DNA of 64,000 nucleotides from an uncultured Clostridium sp. (GTDB lineage Bacteria; Bacillota_I; Bacilli_A; RF39; UBA660): NCBI GenBank assembly GCA_964388545.1, contig CAYMAV010000001.1, positions 6,272 to 70,271 of the forward strand, read 5' to 3'. Shown piece by piece: positions 56,092 to 64,000 of this stretch (position 1 is its first letter; each line of letters starts with the position of its first letter). The notes under the pieces were generated by a model. It saw only the letters and a program-made list of their open reading frames with translations, ran no database searches and was not told where the DNA came from. The position numbers and the translations under genes were made by a program.

Positions 56092-57222
56092 CTAGTCTTT
56101 ATTAACATTAATTATTATTTGATAATGGGTTGGTGTTTCTGACTCCTCTACTTTAAAATTATAACCCGATTGTTCAAGTTCAGTCACCTTAGCTTTTATA
56201 TTGCTAACTGCAACCTTCGCATCTTTCTTAGATGATGTTTGATTTGTTGTCTGCCCTCCAAAGAAATTATTTAAAACCTCATTAGGTTGTGGCATAGTTA
56301 TTTTATTATCTTGATTTAATTCACCAAAATCCACTGTTGGAACAAATTTAAAGGTACTTTCTTCGGTTTTTTGTTCTTCTACTACTGTTGGAGTTGGATT
56401 TATATTTACTGCATTTTCTCTTATTTGGTTAATATCTACTGCAGTAGGATTATTATCTATTCCTACAGTTGGCTCATTATTTGCAAAGCTTACAGAAGGT
56501 TCATTATTAAATGATAATGTCGGCTCATTGTTAAACGACACTGTTGGTTCTGTATTTAATGATACAGTTGGCTCATTATTAAATGACACTGTTGGTTCAT
56601 TGCTTATGTTAACTACATTATTCATCTCTTTTATTTCCTTATCTAGATCTCTAACTGTTAATCTTTCATTTATTATTTTATCTAACAATTTAATCTGAGC
56701 ATTCTTATCTTCCACATTTAGAAGGCTTCTAGCATGTCTTTCTGATATTTTTTCTTTTAGTAATGCATCTTGAACCTCATCTGGAAGAGATAATAATCTA
56801 AGTTTATTAGATACAGCAGATTGAGTTTTACCCATAGTTGCTGCTAATTCCTGTTGAGTCATATTTCCTTCTAATTCAAGAATCTTTTGATAAGTTCTTG
56901 CTTCTTCAATAGGTGTTAAATCTCTTCTTTGAAGATTTTCTATTAAAGCTACTTTTGAACTTTTCTTATCATCTAAATTTCTAACAATAGCTGGTATTTT
57001 TGTAAGACCTGCCATCGTAGCAGCTTTATATCTTCTTTCCCCTGCAATTATCTCGTACTTGTTTTCCACTTGCCTAACGATAATAGGTTGAATAACTCCA
57101 TGTTCTTTTATAGAAACGGCTAATTCCTTTAATGATTGCTCCTCAAAAACTTCCCTTGGTTGAAACCTATTAGGAATTATATCATCTAAATATAAATATA
57201 CAACTTCTGTTATTCCGTCCAT
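56092..57222 (-). CDS. noc: Nucleoid occlusion protein Noc (ParB-like) with a C-terminal tandem NEPTVSF repeat extension
   Basis: KISERHARSLLNVEDKNAQIKLLDKIINERLTVRDLDKEIKEM matches Noc KKITERHARALI...SLNVKQTEDRV. Synteny rsmG-noc-parA-parB. Residues ~205-260 carry NEPTVSFNNEPTVSLNTEPTVSFNNEPTLSFNNEPSVSF. Confidence 0.8.
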   Translation of the reverse strand: MDGITEVVYLYLDDIIPNRFQPREVFEEQSLKELAVSIKEHGVIQPIIVRQVENKYEIIAGERRYKAATMAGLTKIPAIVRNLDDKKSSKVALIENLQRRDLTPIEEARTYQKILELEGNMTQQELAATMGKTQSAVSNKLRLLSLPDEVQDALLKEKISERHARSLLNVEDKNAQIKLLDKIINERLTVRDLDKEIKEMNNVVNISNEPTVSFNNEPTVSLNTEPTVSFNNEPTLSFNNEPSVSFANNEPTVGIDNNPTAVDINQIRENAVNINPTPTVVEEQKTEESTFKFVPTVDFGELNQDNKITMPQPNEVLNNFFGGQTTNQTSSKKDAKVAVSNIKAKVTELEQSGYNFKVEESETPTHYQIIINVNKD

Positions 57223-57303
57223 ATAAAAACACCCTCTTTTTATTATTCTTTATTAAGATACATTATAAAGTAATTTATTACAAAAAACAATAAAAAAAAA
57301 ATA

Positions 57304-58011
57304 TTAGTTAGATATTTCTCTTTTAATTTGTTCTATTTTTCTTGGATATTTATTATCGGTCTTAGAAATTTTTCTTAATACTATAAGCGTTCTACTACTT
57401 TCTTCTATCGGTAATATAAATTTATTTTCTTTTTCTAACTCTAAACCATAATTTTTTAATTTAGGTTTAATTTGTTCTATTTCTTCATCACAAATACCCT
57501 TCATAAATACTAATTTTCCATCTATTTTAAGACTTCTTATCGATATTTCGGTGATCATTGTTAGGTTAGAGACTGCTCTTGCTGTAATATAATCAAATTT
57601 TTCAGTATTAACTTTTGAATAGTCTTCCATTCTAGTGTGGATTGCCTCTATATCTTTTAATTTCAATTCTTTAATAACTTCTTCAAGATATTTTATCCTT
57701 TTGTTTAAAGAATCTATTAAAGTAATTTTAATGTGCGGAAAAACAATCTTTAGGACGATTCCTGGAAAACCCGCTCCGCTTCCAACGTCACAAAGATTTA
57801 TATCCTTAGTAAAATCAATTTCTTTAACTAGTGTAAGGCTGTCATAGAAATGTTTTAAATAGACCTCTTTCTTTTTAGTTATGCCAGTTAAATTGATTTT
57901 TTTGTTCCATTCAATAAGTAATAAATAAAATTTTTCTAATAACTCTAATTTATCTTCTGTTAATTTAATGTCCAATTTTTCAACTTCTTTTATAAATTCT
58001 TCTTTATTCAT
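57304..58011 (-). CDS. rsmG: 16S rRNA (guanine527-N7)-methyltransferase
   Basis: LCDVGSGAGFPGIVL SAM motif. Likely start MNKEEF (ATG 58011). The ORF-track start is 19 codons upstream. Confidence 0.85.
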   Translation of the reverse strand: MNKEEFIKEVEKLDIKLTEDKLELLEKFYLLLIEWNKKINLTGITKKKEVYLKHFYDSLTLVKEIDFTKDINLCDVGSGAGFPGIVLKIVFPHIKITLIDSLNKRIKYLEEVIKELKLKDIEAIHTRMEDYSKVNTEKFDYITARAVSNLTMITEISIRSLKIDGKLVFMKGICDEEIEQIKPKLKNYGLELEKENKFILPIEESSRTLIVLRKISKTDNKYPRKIEQIKREISN

Positions 58012-59863
58012 CTTTTTTCCTCTTAATATATAGCATAAGCATCGTAATATCTGATGGATTAACTCCACTAATTCTAAGCGCTTGTCCTACTGAATGTGGT
58101 TTTATTTCATTTAGTTTTTGAACTGCTTCATGAGCAAGATTTGGAACTTTAGAATAATCTAAATCTTCATTTAATTTTATTTCCTCATAACCTAGCATTT
58201 TTTTAACTTCTTTATTTGCTTTATTAATATATCCTTCATATTTTATGTTGATTAATGTTTGTTCAATTACCTCTTCATCAAAGTCTTCTTCTACAAATTT
58301 CTTTATATGAGAATATTCAATCTCTGGTCTTTTTAAAAAATCATATAAAGTTATACCATCAAAAATAGGAGTTGTACCTATCTCATTTAAATAGTCATTT
58401 ATCTCTTTTTTAGGAGTAATTTTAACCTCTTTTAATAAACTCTTTAATTTATTGATTTTTTCTTTTTTCAACAGGAATTGTTGATAAACATCTTCAGTAA
58501 CCGCTCCATATTCTTTTCCTATTTTCATAAGCCTTAAGTCTGCATTATCATGCCTTAAGATAAGACGATGCTCTGCTCTTGATGTTAATAATCGATAAGG
58601 ATCTTTAACTCCTTTTGTTACCAAATCATCAATTAAAACTCCAATATAAGCTTCATTTCTTTTTAATATTAACGGTTCTTTATCATCAATTTTTCTTGAT
58701 GCATTTATCCCTGCAATAATACCTTGCCCTGCTGCTTCTTCATATCCGCTAGTTCCATTAATTTGTCCTGCCGTAAATAGATTCTTTATTATTTTTGTCT
58801 CTAGAGTTGGTTTTAACTGGATAGAGTCAATCGCATCATATTCAATTGCATAAGCATATTTTAAAATAGCTGCCTTCTCTAAACCAGGAATTGAAGTTAC
58901 CATTTCTTCTTGAACATCCTTAGGCATACTTGTTGATAATCCTTGAATATATATCTCATCAGTTGATCTACTTTCTGGTTCCGCAAATATTTGGTGCCTT
59001 TCTTTATCATTAAATCTAACAACTTTATCCTCAACCGAAGGACAATACCTTGGTCCAACACCTTTAACGTATCCTCCATACATACTTGATCTCTTTAAAT
59101 TTTTATTAATAATTTCATGAGTTTCTTTAGTTGTATAAGTTAGATAACAAGGAAGTTGGCTATCTATATCATAAGTTGTTTTATTATATAATTTAAAATT
59201 ATAAATTTCTTCATCTCCAGGTTGAATAGTCATTTTAGAATAATCGATAGAATCCTTTTTTATTCTAGGAGGTGTTCCGGTTTTTAGTCTTTTAATAGTA
59301 AAACCTAGTTCTTTTAATCTATCACTTAAAAACAATGATGGTTTTTCTCCGTGAGGACCACTTACAATTTCCATATCTCCGTATAATATTTTCCCTTTTA
59401 GATATGTACCAGTTGTTAAAATAACAGTTTTAGCAAATATCTTTTCTTTATTATCAAGTATGATTCCTTTTATCTCTTCCTCTTCGACAATTAAGTCTTC
59501 AACCATTCCTTCTAATAGCTCTAAGTTTTTTTGATTTTTTAAGACATTAAGCATTTCTTCATGATAAACCTTTTTATCTGCTTGACTACGAAGTGCTCTT
59601 ACAGCCGGACCTTTTCTAGTATTTAACATTTTCATTTGAAGAGAACTTTTATCGGCAATATTTGCCATTTCTCCACCTAAAGCATCAATTTCACGAACTA
59701 TTATTCCTTTAGCAGGCCCTCCAATTGAAGGATTACAAGCAAGATCGGCGATATTTTTTATATTTGAAGTCACCAAAAGAACTTGTTTGCCAAGCCTTGC
59801 ACCAATTAAAGCTGCCTCACACCCTGCATGACCAGCACCTACTACTATAATGTCATATATCAT
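58004..59863 (-). CDS. mnmG: tRNA uridine 5-carboxymethylaminomethyl modification enzyme MnmG
   Basis: MIYDIIVVGAGHAGCEAAL FAD motif. 619 aa. Confidence 0.9.
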   Translation of the reverse strand: MIYDIIVVGAGHAGCEAALIGARLGKQVLLVTSNIKNIADLACNPSIGGPAKGIIVREIDALGGEMANIADKSSLQMKMLNTRKGPAVRALRSQADKKVYHEEMLNVLKNQKNLELLEGMVEDLIVEEEEIKGIILDNKEKIFAKTVILTTGTYLKGKILYGDMEIVSGPHGEKPSLFLSDRLKELGFTIKRLKTGTPPRIKKDSIDYSKMTIQPGDEEIYNFKLYNKTTYDIDSQLPCYLTYTTKETHEIINKNLKRSSMYGGYVKGVGPRYCPSVEDKVVRFNDKERHQIFAEPESRSTDEIYIQGLSTSMPKDVQEEMVTSIPGLEKAAILKYAYAIEYDAIDSIQLKPTLETKIIKNLFTAGQINGTSGYEEAAGQGIIAGINASRKIDDKEPLILKRNEAYIGVLIDDLVTKGVKDPYRLLTSRAEHRLILRHDNADLRLMKIGKEYGAVTEDVYQQFLLKKEKINKLKSLLKEVKITPKKEINDYLNEIGTTPIFDGITLYDFLKRPEIEYSHIKKFVEEDFDEEVIEQTLINIKYEGYINKANKEVKKMLGYEEIKLNEDLDYSKVPNLAHEAVQKLNEIKPHSVGQALRISGVNPSDITMLMLYIKRKKDE

Positions 59864-59872
59864 ATTATCACC

Positions 59873-61228
59873 TTATTTTCCGAGACAAAATTGACTAAAT
59901 ACTTGATCTATTAGAGCATCTTCATACTCTTCACCTAAAATATTTCCCAAAAGCGTCCATATCCTTTTAATATCAATTCCAATAATGTCTACCGGAACTT
60001 CATCGTGAATACCCTTTTCTACCTCTTTTAAAATATTAAGACACTCTTTAGCTAAACTGATTTGCCTAATGTTAGTAAATATTTCTCCAACATTCATATC
60101 TATTTCATCTAAATTGAATAATTCTATTATTTTTTCTTTTAATTCTTCAATACCATCAATTGAGATAGTATCAGTATAAATTACATTTTCAAAATTATAT
60201 TTTTCAATATCTAATTTTTTATCTAAATCCCTTTTATTAATAACTACTATATATTTTTTCTCTTTAATTAATTCAAACAGCTCTAAATCTTCATCATTAA
60301 TTTCTTCGTTATTGTTTAGAACATAAATTATTAAATCAGATTTGTTTATTTGTTCTATACTTTTTTTAACACCAAACTCTTCAACTATATCTTTTGTCTT
60401 TCTTATACCTGCAGTATCAATAAAGTTAATTTCTATACCTTTTAAAACGATACTACCTTCTACAATATCACGAGTTGTTCCTGCTATATCGGTAACAATT
60501 GCTTTCTCTTCATCTAATAATCTATTTAAAATACTACTTTTCCCTACGTTTGGTCTACCGATTATCGCTACATTAATACCATTATTAATTATCTTTTTAT
60601 TTTCGCTTTCATATACTATTTCACTTAATTTTTTACTTATCTCCGATACTCTATTTTTCAAAGTATCAATTGTAACTTCTTCAATATCCCCATATTCGGG
60701 ATAGTCGATATTTACTTCGATATTAGCAATTAACTCAAGGAGATATCTTCTAAACTTCTTTATAATTGAGGTTAGTCTTCCATCCATACTTTTTATCGAT
60801 AAATTACGATGGGATTCTGTTTTGGCGTTTATTAAATCTGAAACAGCTTCTGCCTCAAGAAGATTAATTCTTCCATTTAAAAAAGCTCTTTTAGTAAATT
60901 CACCAGCTTCCGCAAGTCTAGCACCCTTTAAAATCATTAATTCTAAAATTTTATTAGTAACTGCGATACCACCATGACAATTTATCTCTACAATATCTTC
61001 TCTAGTATAGGTTTTAGGTGCTTTCATAATTGATACTAATACTTGATCGATTATCTCTTCATTATCAACGATATATCCATAATTTATCGTATGCGAAAGA
61101 ACCTTAGTTAAATCTTTTCCTTTAAAACAAGAATTAACTAATTCTATTGATCCGTCCCCTGATAATCTAACTATCGAAATTGCACCTTTTCCTAAGGCGG
61201 TTGAAATTGAGACAATTACATCGTTCAT
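59873..61228 (-). CDS. mnmE: tRNA modification GTPase MnmE
   Basis: G-domain GRPNVGKSS, DTAGIR, NKRD. C-terminal CLGK. 451 aa. Confidence 0.9.
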   Translation of the reverse strand: MNDVIVSISTALGKGAISIVRLSGDGSIELVNSCFKGKDLTKVLSHTINYGYIVDNEEIIDQVLVSIMKAPKTYTREDIVEINCHGGIAVTNKILELMILKGARLAEAGEFTKRAFLNGRINLLEAEAVSDLINAKTESHRNLSIKSMDGRLTSIIKKFRRYLLELIANIEVNIDYPEYGDIEEVTIDTLKNRVSEISKKLSEIVYESENKKIINNGINVAIIGRPNVGKSSILNRLLDEEKAIVTDIAGTTRDIVEGSIVLKGIEINFIDTAGIRKTKDIVEEFGVKKSIEQINKSDLIIYVLNNNEEINDEDLELFELIKEKKYIVVINKRDLDKKLDIEKYNFENVIYTDTISIDGIEELKEKIIELFNLDEIDMNVGEIFTNIRQISLAKECLNILKEVEKGIHDEVPVDIIGIDIKRIWTLLGNILGEEYEDALIDQVFSQFCLGK

Positions 61229-61315
61229 AATATCACTCCTTATTATATTTTAGCACATAAAGTTACTTACCGATTAGATATTATATCACATCAAAAGAAA
61301 AAGTAGCAGTGCTAC

Positions 61316-61936
61316 TTAATTATTTGTTGTTTCTTTATTTAATTCAAGATATTTTTTATAAGATTCTCTTGAAACATTACTTAAAGACTCGTCTCTAAAA
61401 TTAATTTCTTCTTCAATTCTGCTTAAAAGAGTCGAGGTAAATAGTCCGTTTATTCTTCTGGTAACTCTTTCGCATTCATCGCCTTCTAGTTGAAATTTCT
61501 TAATTATCTTTGGAACAAAGTTAAGCGTAATCTCTTTTTTTAATTCTAGTTCAATCTTTTCGATTATTAGATTTGACTCTTCTTTTAACTTTTCATAATA
61601 TTTATCTAAAAATTCTTCTGTAATAACATCTTCTATATTGTTTAGAAAATCATTCTTAATATTATTTTTCTTTTCTTCAATAAAAGAATTAACTATATCA
61701 TTATACTTTTTTCTTTCAAAGAATAATGCTCCTAGCAGTTCTTCTTTTTTATAGTTTTTATTAATCTCAGTAAAAAACTTTTTAAAAAATATATATAATT
61801 TATTAATTTCTAAAGCAACTGTATTATCTGTAGTATTTTTTAAAGATTCTAAATTTCTTTCCATCTCTAAAGTCAAACTGTTGATAAATATTTCTCCATT
61901 TTTTTTAAGAAACATCTTATTTATATCTAGGTCCAT
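61316..61936 (-). CDS. Hypothetical coiled-coil-rich protein between mnmE and mfd
   Basis: 206 aa, Lys/Glu-rich, no known motif. Confidence 0.45.
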   Translation of the reverse strand: MDLDINKMFLKKNGEIFINSLTLEMERNLESLKNTTDNTVALEINKLYIFFKKFFTEINKNYKKEELLGALFFERKKYNDIVNSFIEEKKNNIKNDFLNNIEDVITEEFLDKYYEKLKEESNLIIEKIELELKKEITLNFVPKIIKKFQLEGDECERVTRRINGLFTSTLLSRIEEEINFRDESLSNVSRESYKKYLELNKETTNN

Positions 61937-62024
61937 AATCCACCTTTTTTCTATCTTAATACTAGATAAATATTAACAAAAAAAGGCTTTACAGTCAATA
62001 TTTTGACATAAAGGTCTTTTAACA

Positions 62025-64000
62025 CTAAACTTCTTCCTTATATTTTATAAGATTTAGCATGTCTATTAATAATTTTACTTTGTTTTCTTCTAATCTAGAA
62101 GTATCTAGTACCACTATTATCTTTTTTCTGTGTGGTTTAAAACTAAATAACTCCGATAGATTAAATAAATCAACAAATAAATCTTCAGCATTAATTCTCT
62201 TTGTTTCTTCTTCACTAAAGATAATTTCTATTGAATTTGGAATTTCATTTACTTTTTCTACTCCTTTTTCTTTAGCTAAATTTTCAAACCATTCTTCATA
62301 CATATAAAGTAATATTTTATCGTTAATACGACCAAAGCGATCCTCTAACTCATCTTTAACCTTAAGTAAGGTTTCATAAGAGGTAACTTCATTAATCTTT
62401 TTATGAATCTCTATTTTTAACATATTATCATCAACATAATTATCGCTAATATGAGTATCAACATTTATATTTATGCTTTCATCTAGATCTTCATTTTCTT
62501 CTTCAGGAACATGTTCACCTTTTAATCTTAAAACCTCTTCATTTAATATTTTTAAGTATAAATCAATTCCTATATTATCGATAAATCCAGCTTGCTCACT
62601 ACCAAGAATATCACCAGCACCCCTTATTGATAAATCTCTTGATGCGATAGAATACCCACTACCTAGTTCAGTGAATTCTTTTATTGTATTTAATCTTTTT
62701 ACGGCAATATCACTTAAAATTTTATCTTTTTTATACATTAAATAAGCATAGGCAATCTTATTACTTCTACCAACTCTACCCCTTATTTGATAAAGTTGAC
62801 TAAGTCCTAACCTATCAGCACTTAAAATTATTAAAGTATTAACATTTGGAATATCAATTCCTGTTTCAATAATTGTTGTACAAAGAAGAATATCAAATTC
62901 TTTATTGATAAATGCAAACATCTTATTTTCAATTTCTTCTTTATTCATTTGTCCATGGATAGTTTCAATTTTTATATCAGGCATTAAACTTTCAAGTTCT
63001 ATTTTTTTTCTCTCAATTGATTCTACTCGGTTATATAAAATATATACTTGACCACCTCTAGATAATTCTTTATAAATCGCATCCTTTATAATATATTCAT
63101 TTTCTTCCATTACATAAGTTTGAATAGGATACCTATCTACTGGCGGAGTATCAATTGTTGATAAACTTCTTAAGCCAGTCATAGCCATCTGCAAAGTCCT
63201 TGGAATTGGAGTAGCAGTTAAAGTTAGGATATCAATATTTTCTTTTAATTCTTTGATTCGTTCCTTATGCATAACCCCAAATCTCTGCTCTTCATCTACT
63301 ACTAATAATCCTAAATCTTTAGGAATAATATCATTGCTTAAAAGTCTATGGGTTCCAAATAATATATCTAATTTACCAGAAGTTAAATCTTTAATTATTT
63401 GTCTTTCAACAGAACTTTGGGTAAATCTATTAATTAATCCAATATTTACTGGAAAACTTTTAAAGCGCTCTAAAGCGTTTTCGTATTGTTGCTTGGAAAG
63501 AATAGTTGTTGGACAAAGATATAAGACTTGTTTTCCATCATTTACCGCCTTAAACATCGCACGAAAAGCAACTTCTGTTTTACCATATCCTACATCAGCA
63601 CATAAAAGTCTATCCATCGGATTATCGCTTTCCATATCCTTTTTTATTTGATCAGATGATATTAATTGATCCTTTGTTGGTTCATAAATAAACTCGCTTT
63701 CAAACTGCATTTGTAGTTCATTATCTTCACTAAACTTAAAACCTTTTTTCATCTTTCTTAAAGCATATATTTTAAGAAGTTTATCCGCAATATCTCTTAC
63801 CTTATCTTTTATTCTTAATTTAGTTTTAGCCCATTCAGAACCGCCTAATTTGTTAATTTTAGGAGCGATTCCTTCACGACCACTATATTTGCTTATATAT
63901 TCTATTTTCTCAACCGGAATATATAGCTTATCCTTTTTTTGATAAAGAATCTCTAAATAATCTTTTAACTTACCAGCCTTTGTAATCGTTTTTATTCCAT
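62025..64000 (-). CDS. mfd: Transcription-repair coupling factor Mfd (C-terminal ~650 aa; N-terminus beyond window end)
   Basis: DEAD-box helicase motifs CADVGYGKTEVAFRA, VVDEEQRFG and TATPIPRT. The frame continues open past 63752 to the window edge (translation ...PKINKLGGSEWAKTKLRIKDKVRDIADKLLKIYALRK matches the Mfd D4/D5 junction). Confidence 0.9.
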   Translation of the reverse strand, partial: GIKTITKAGKLKDYLEILYQKKDKLYIPVEKIEYISKYSGREGIAPKINKLGGSEWAKTKLRIKDKVRDIADKLLKIYALRKMKKGFKFSEDNELQMQFESEFIYEPTKDQLISSDQIKKDMESDNPMDRLLCADVGYGKTEVAFRAMFKAVNDGKQVLYLCPTTILSKQQYENALERFKSFPVNIGLINRFTQSSVERQIIKDLTSGKLDILFGTHRLLSNDIIPKDLGLLVVDEEQRFGVMHKERIKELKENIDILTLTATPIPRTLQMAMTGLRSLSTIDTPPVDRYPIQTYVMEENEYIIKDAIYKELSRGGQVYILYNRVESIERKKIELESLMPDIKIETIHGQMNKEEIENKMFAFINKEFDILLCTTIIETGIDIPNVNTLIILSADRLGLSQLYQIRGRVGRSNKIAYAYLMYKKDKILSDIAVKRLNTIKEFTELGSGYSIASRDLSIRGAGDILGSEQAGFIDNIGIDLYLKILNEEVLRLKGEHVPEEENEDLDESININVDTHISDNYVDDNMLKIEIHKKINEVTSYETLLKVKDELEDRFGRINDKILLYMYEEWFENLAKEKGVEKVNEIPNSIEIIFSEEETKRINAEDLFVDLFNLSELFSFKPHRKKIIVVLDTSRLEENKVKLLIDMLNLIKYKEEV

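Noticed and set aside
58897-59079. Small minus-strand ORFs nested in other frames (58897..59079, 8406..8630, 9614..9808, 13912..14094, 15169..15411, 18830..19183, 28480..28695, 29618..29914, 39959..40213, 43968..44303, 48951..49136, 53737..54012, 55847..56053, 57635..57847, 60342..60704, 62059..62307, 62473..62745, 63253..63651)
   Set aside because: Each lies entirely within, or antisense to, a well-supported longer gene and shows AT-rich low-complexity translation. No independent evidence.
1-64000. Possibility of Mollicutes genetic code 4 (TGA=Trp), given extreme AT-richness and gene content (ecf-like/truA, gatCAB)
   Set aside because: All housekeeping ORFs (gatA/B, mnmG, argS, gpmI, mfd) are full length with TGA treated as stop in the supplied track. 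tRNA-Trp has a CCA anticodon (not UCA). Spo0A-like, Noc and TasA-like genes indicate a walled Firmicute.

Overview
Very AT-rich, low-GC Firmicutes-type chromosome segment, standard genetic code (long ORFs are uninterrupted, so no TGA=Trp recoding). Nearly all genes lie on the minus strand.

Conserved core genes identified by motif:
- gatC-gatA-gatB, truA, and a glycolytic block pgk...tpiA...gpmI.
- argS, PduL, ychF and an AbgT-family transporter.
- An origin-proximal-type block mfd...mnmE-mnmG-rsmG-noc-parA-parB.
- Five tRNAs in three loci, all on the minus strand: Leu-UAG plus a CAU tRNA; Glu-CUC plus Met-CAU; Trp-CCA.

Accessory content:
1. A giant (>=2190 aa within the window) signal-peptide protein, truncated at the window start. 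It carries more than 35 tandem ~25-residue YGGGN-type repeats, predicted beta-solenoid. It is co-operonic with two TasA/camelysin-like paralogs. The supplied ORF track misses it because it has no stop codon inside the window.
2. A CPBP (Abi) intramembrane protease, small secreted and membrane proteins, and an ABC-2 exporter locus with an MGMT-like gene.
3. A 9-gene polysaccharide locus: Alg14/Alg13-like pair, two GT2, one GT4, Wzy-like, Wzx, pyruvyl transferase and an FrhB-like Fe-S protein. No initiating transferase or chain-length genes are present.
4. A sensor protein with a degenerate GGDEF domain (DGNEF).
5. A pair of degenerate ABC-ATPase-like genes at the canonical ecfA1/ecfA2/ecfT position upstream of truA.
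6. The glycolytic operon interrupted twice. A GT4 glycolipid-synthase-like gene plus a UPF0104 membrane protein sit between pgk and tpiA. A short Spo0A-like regulator, an AAA ATPase (DUF4143 type) and two coupled unknown proteins sit between tpiA and gpmI. One of the unknowns has a helical LXG/WXG-like N-terminus and a papain-like Cys/His C-terminal domain with an atypical Ala/Gly/Arg-rich composition, making it a candidate polymorphic toxin or effector cassette.
7. A free-standing 338-aa protein with clear similarity to the C-terminal region of PolC/DnaE but lacking the catalytic palm.
8. Noc carrying a C-terminal tandem NEPTVSF repeat extension.
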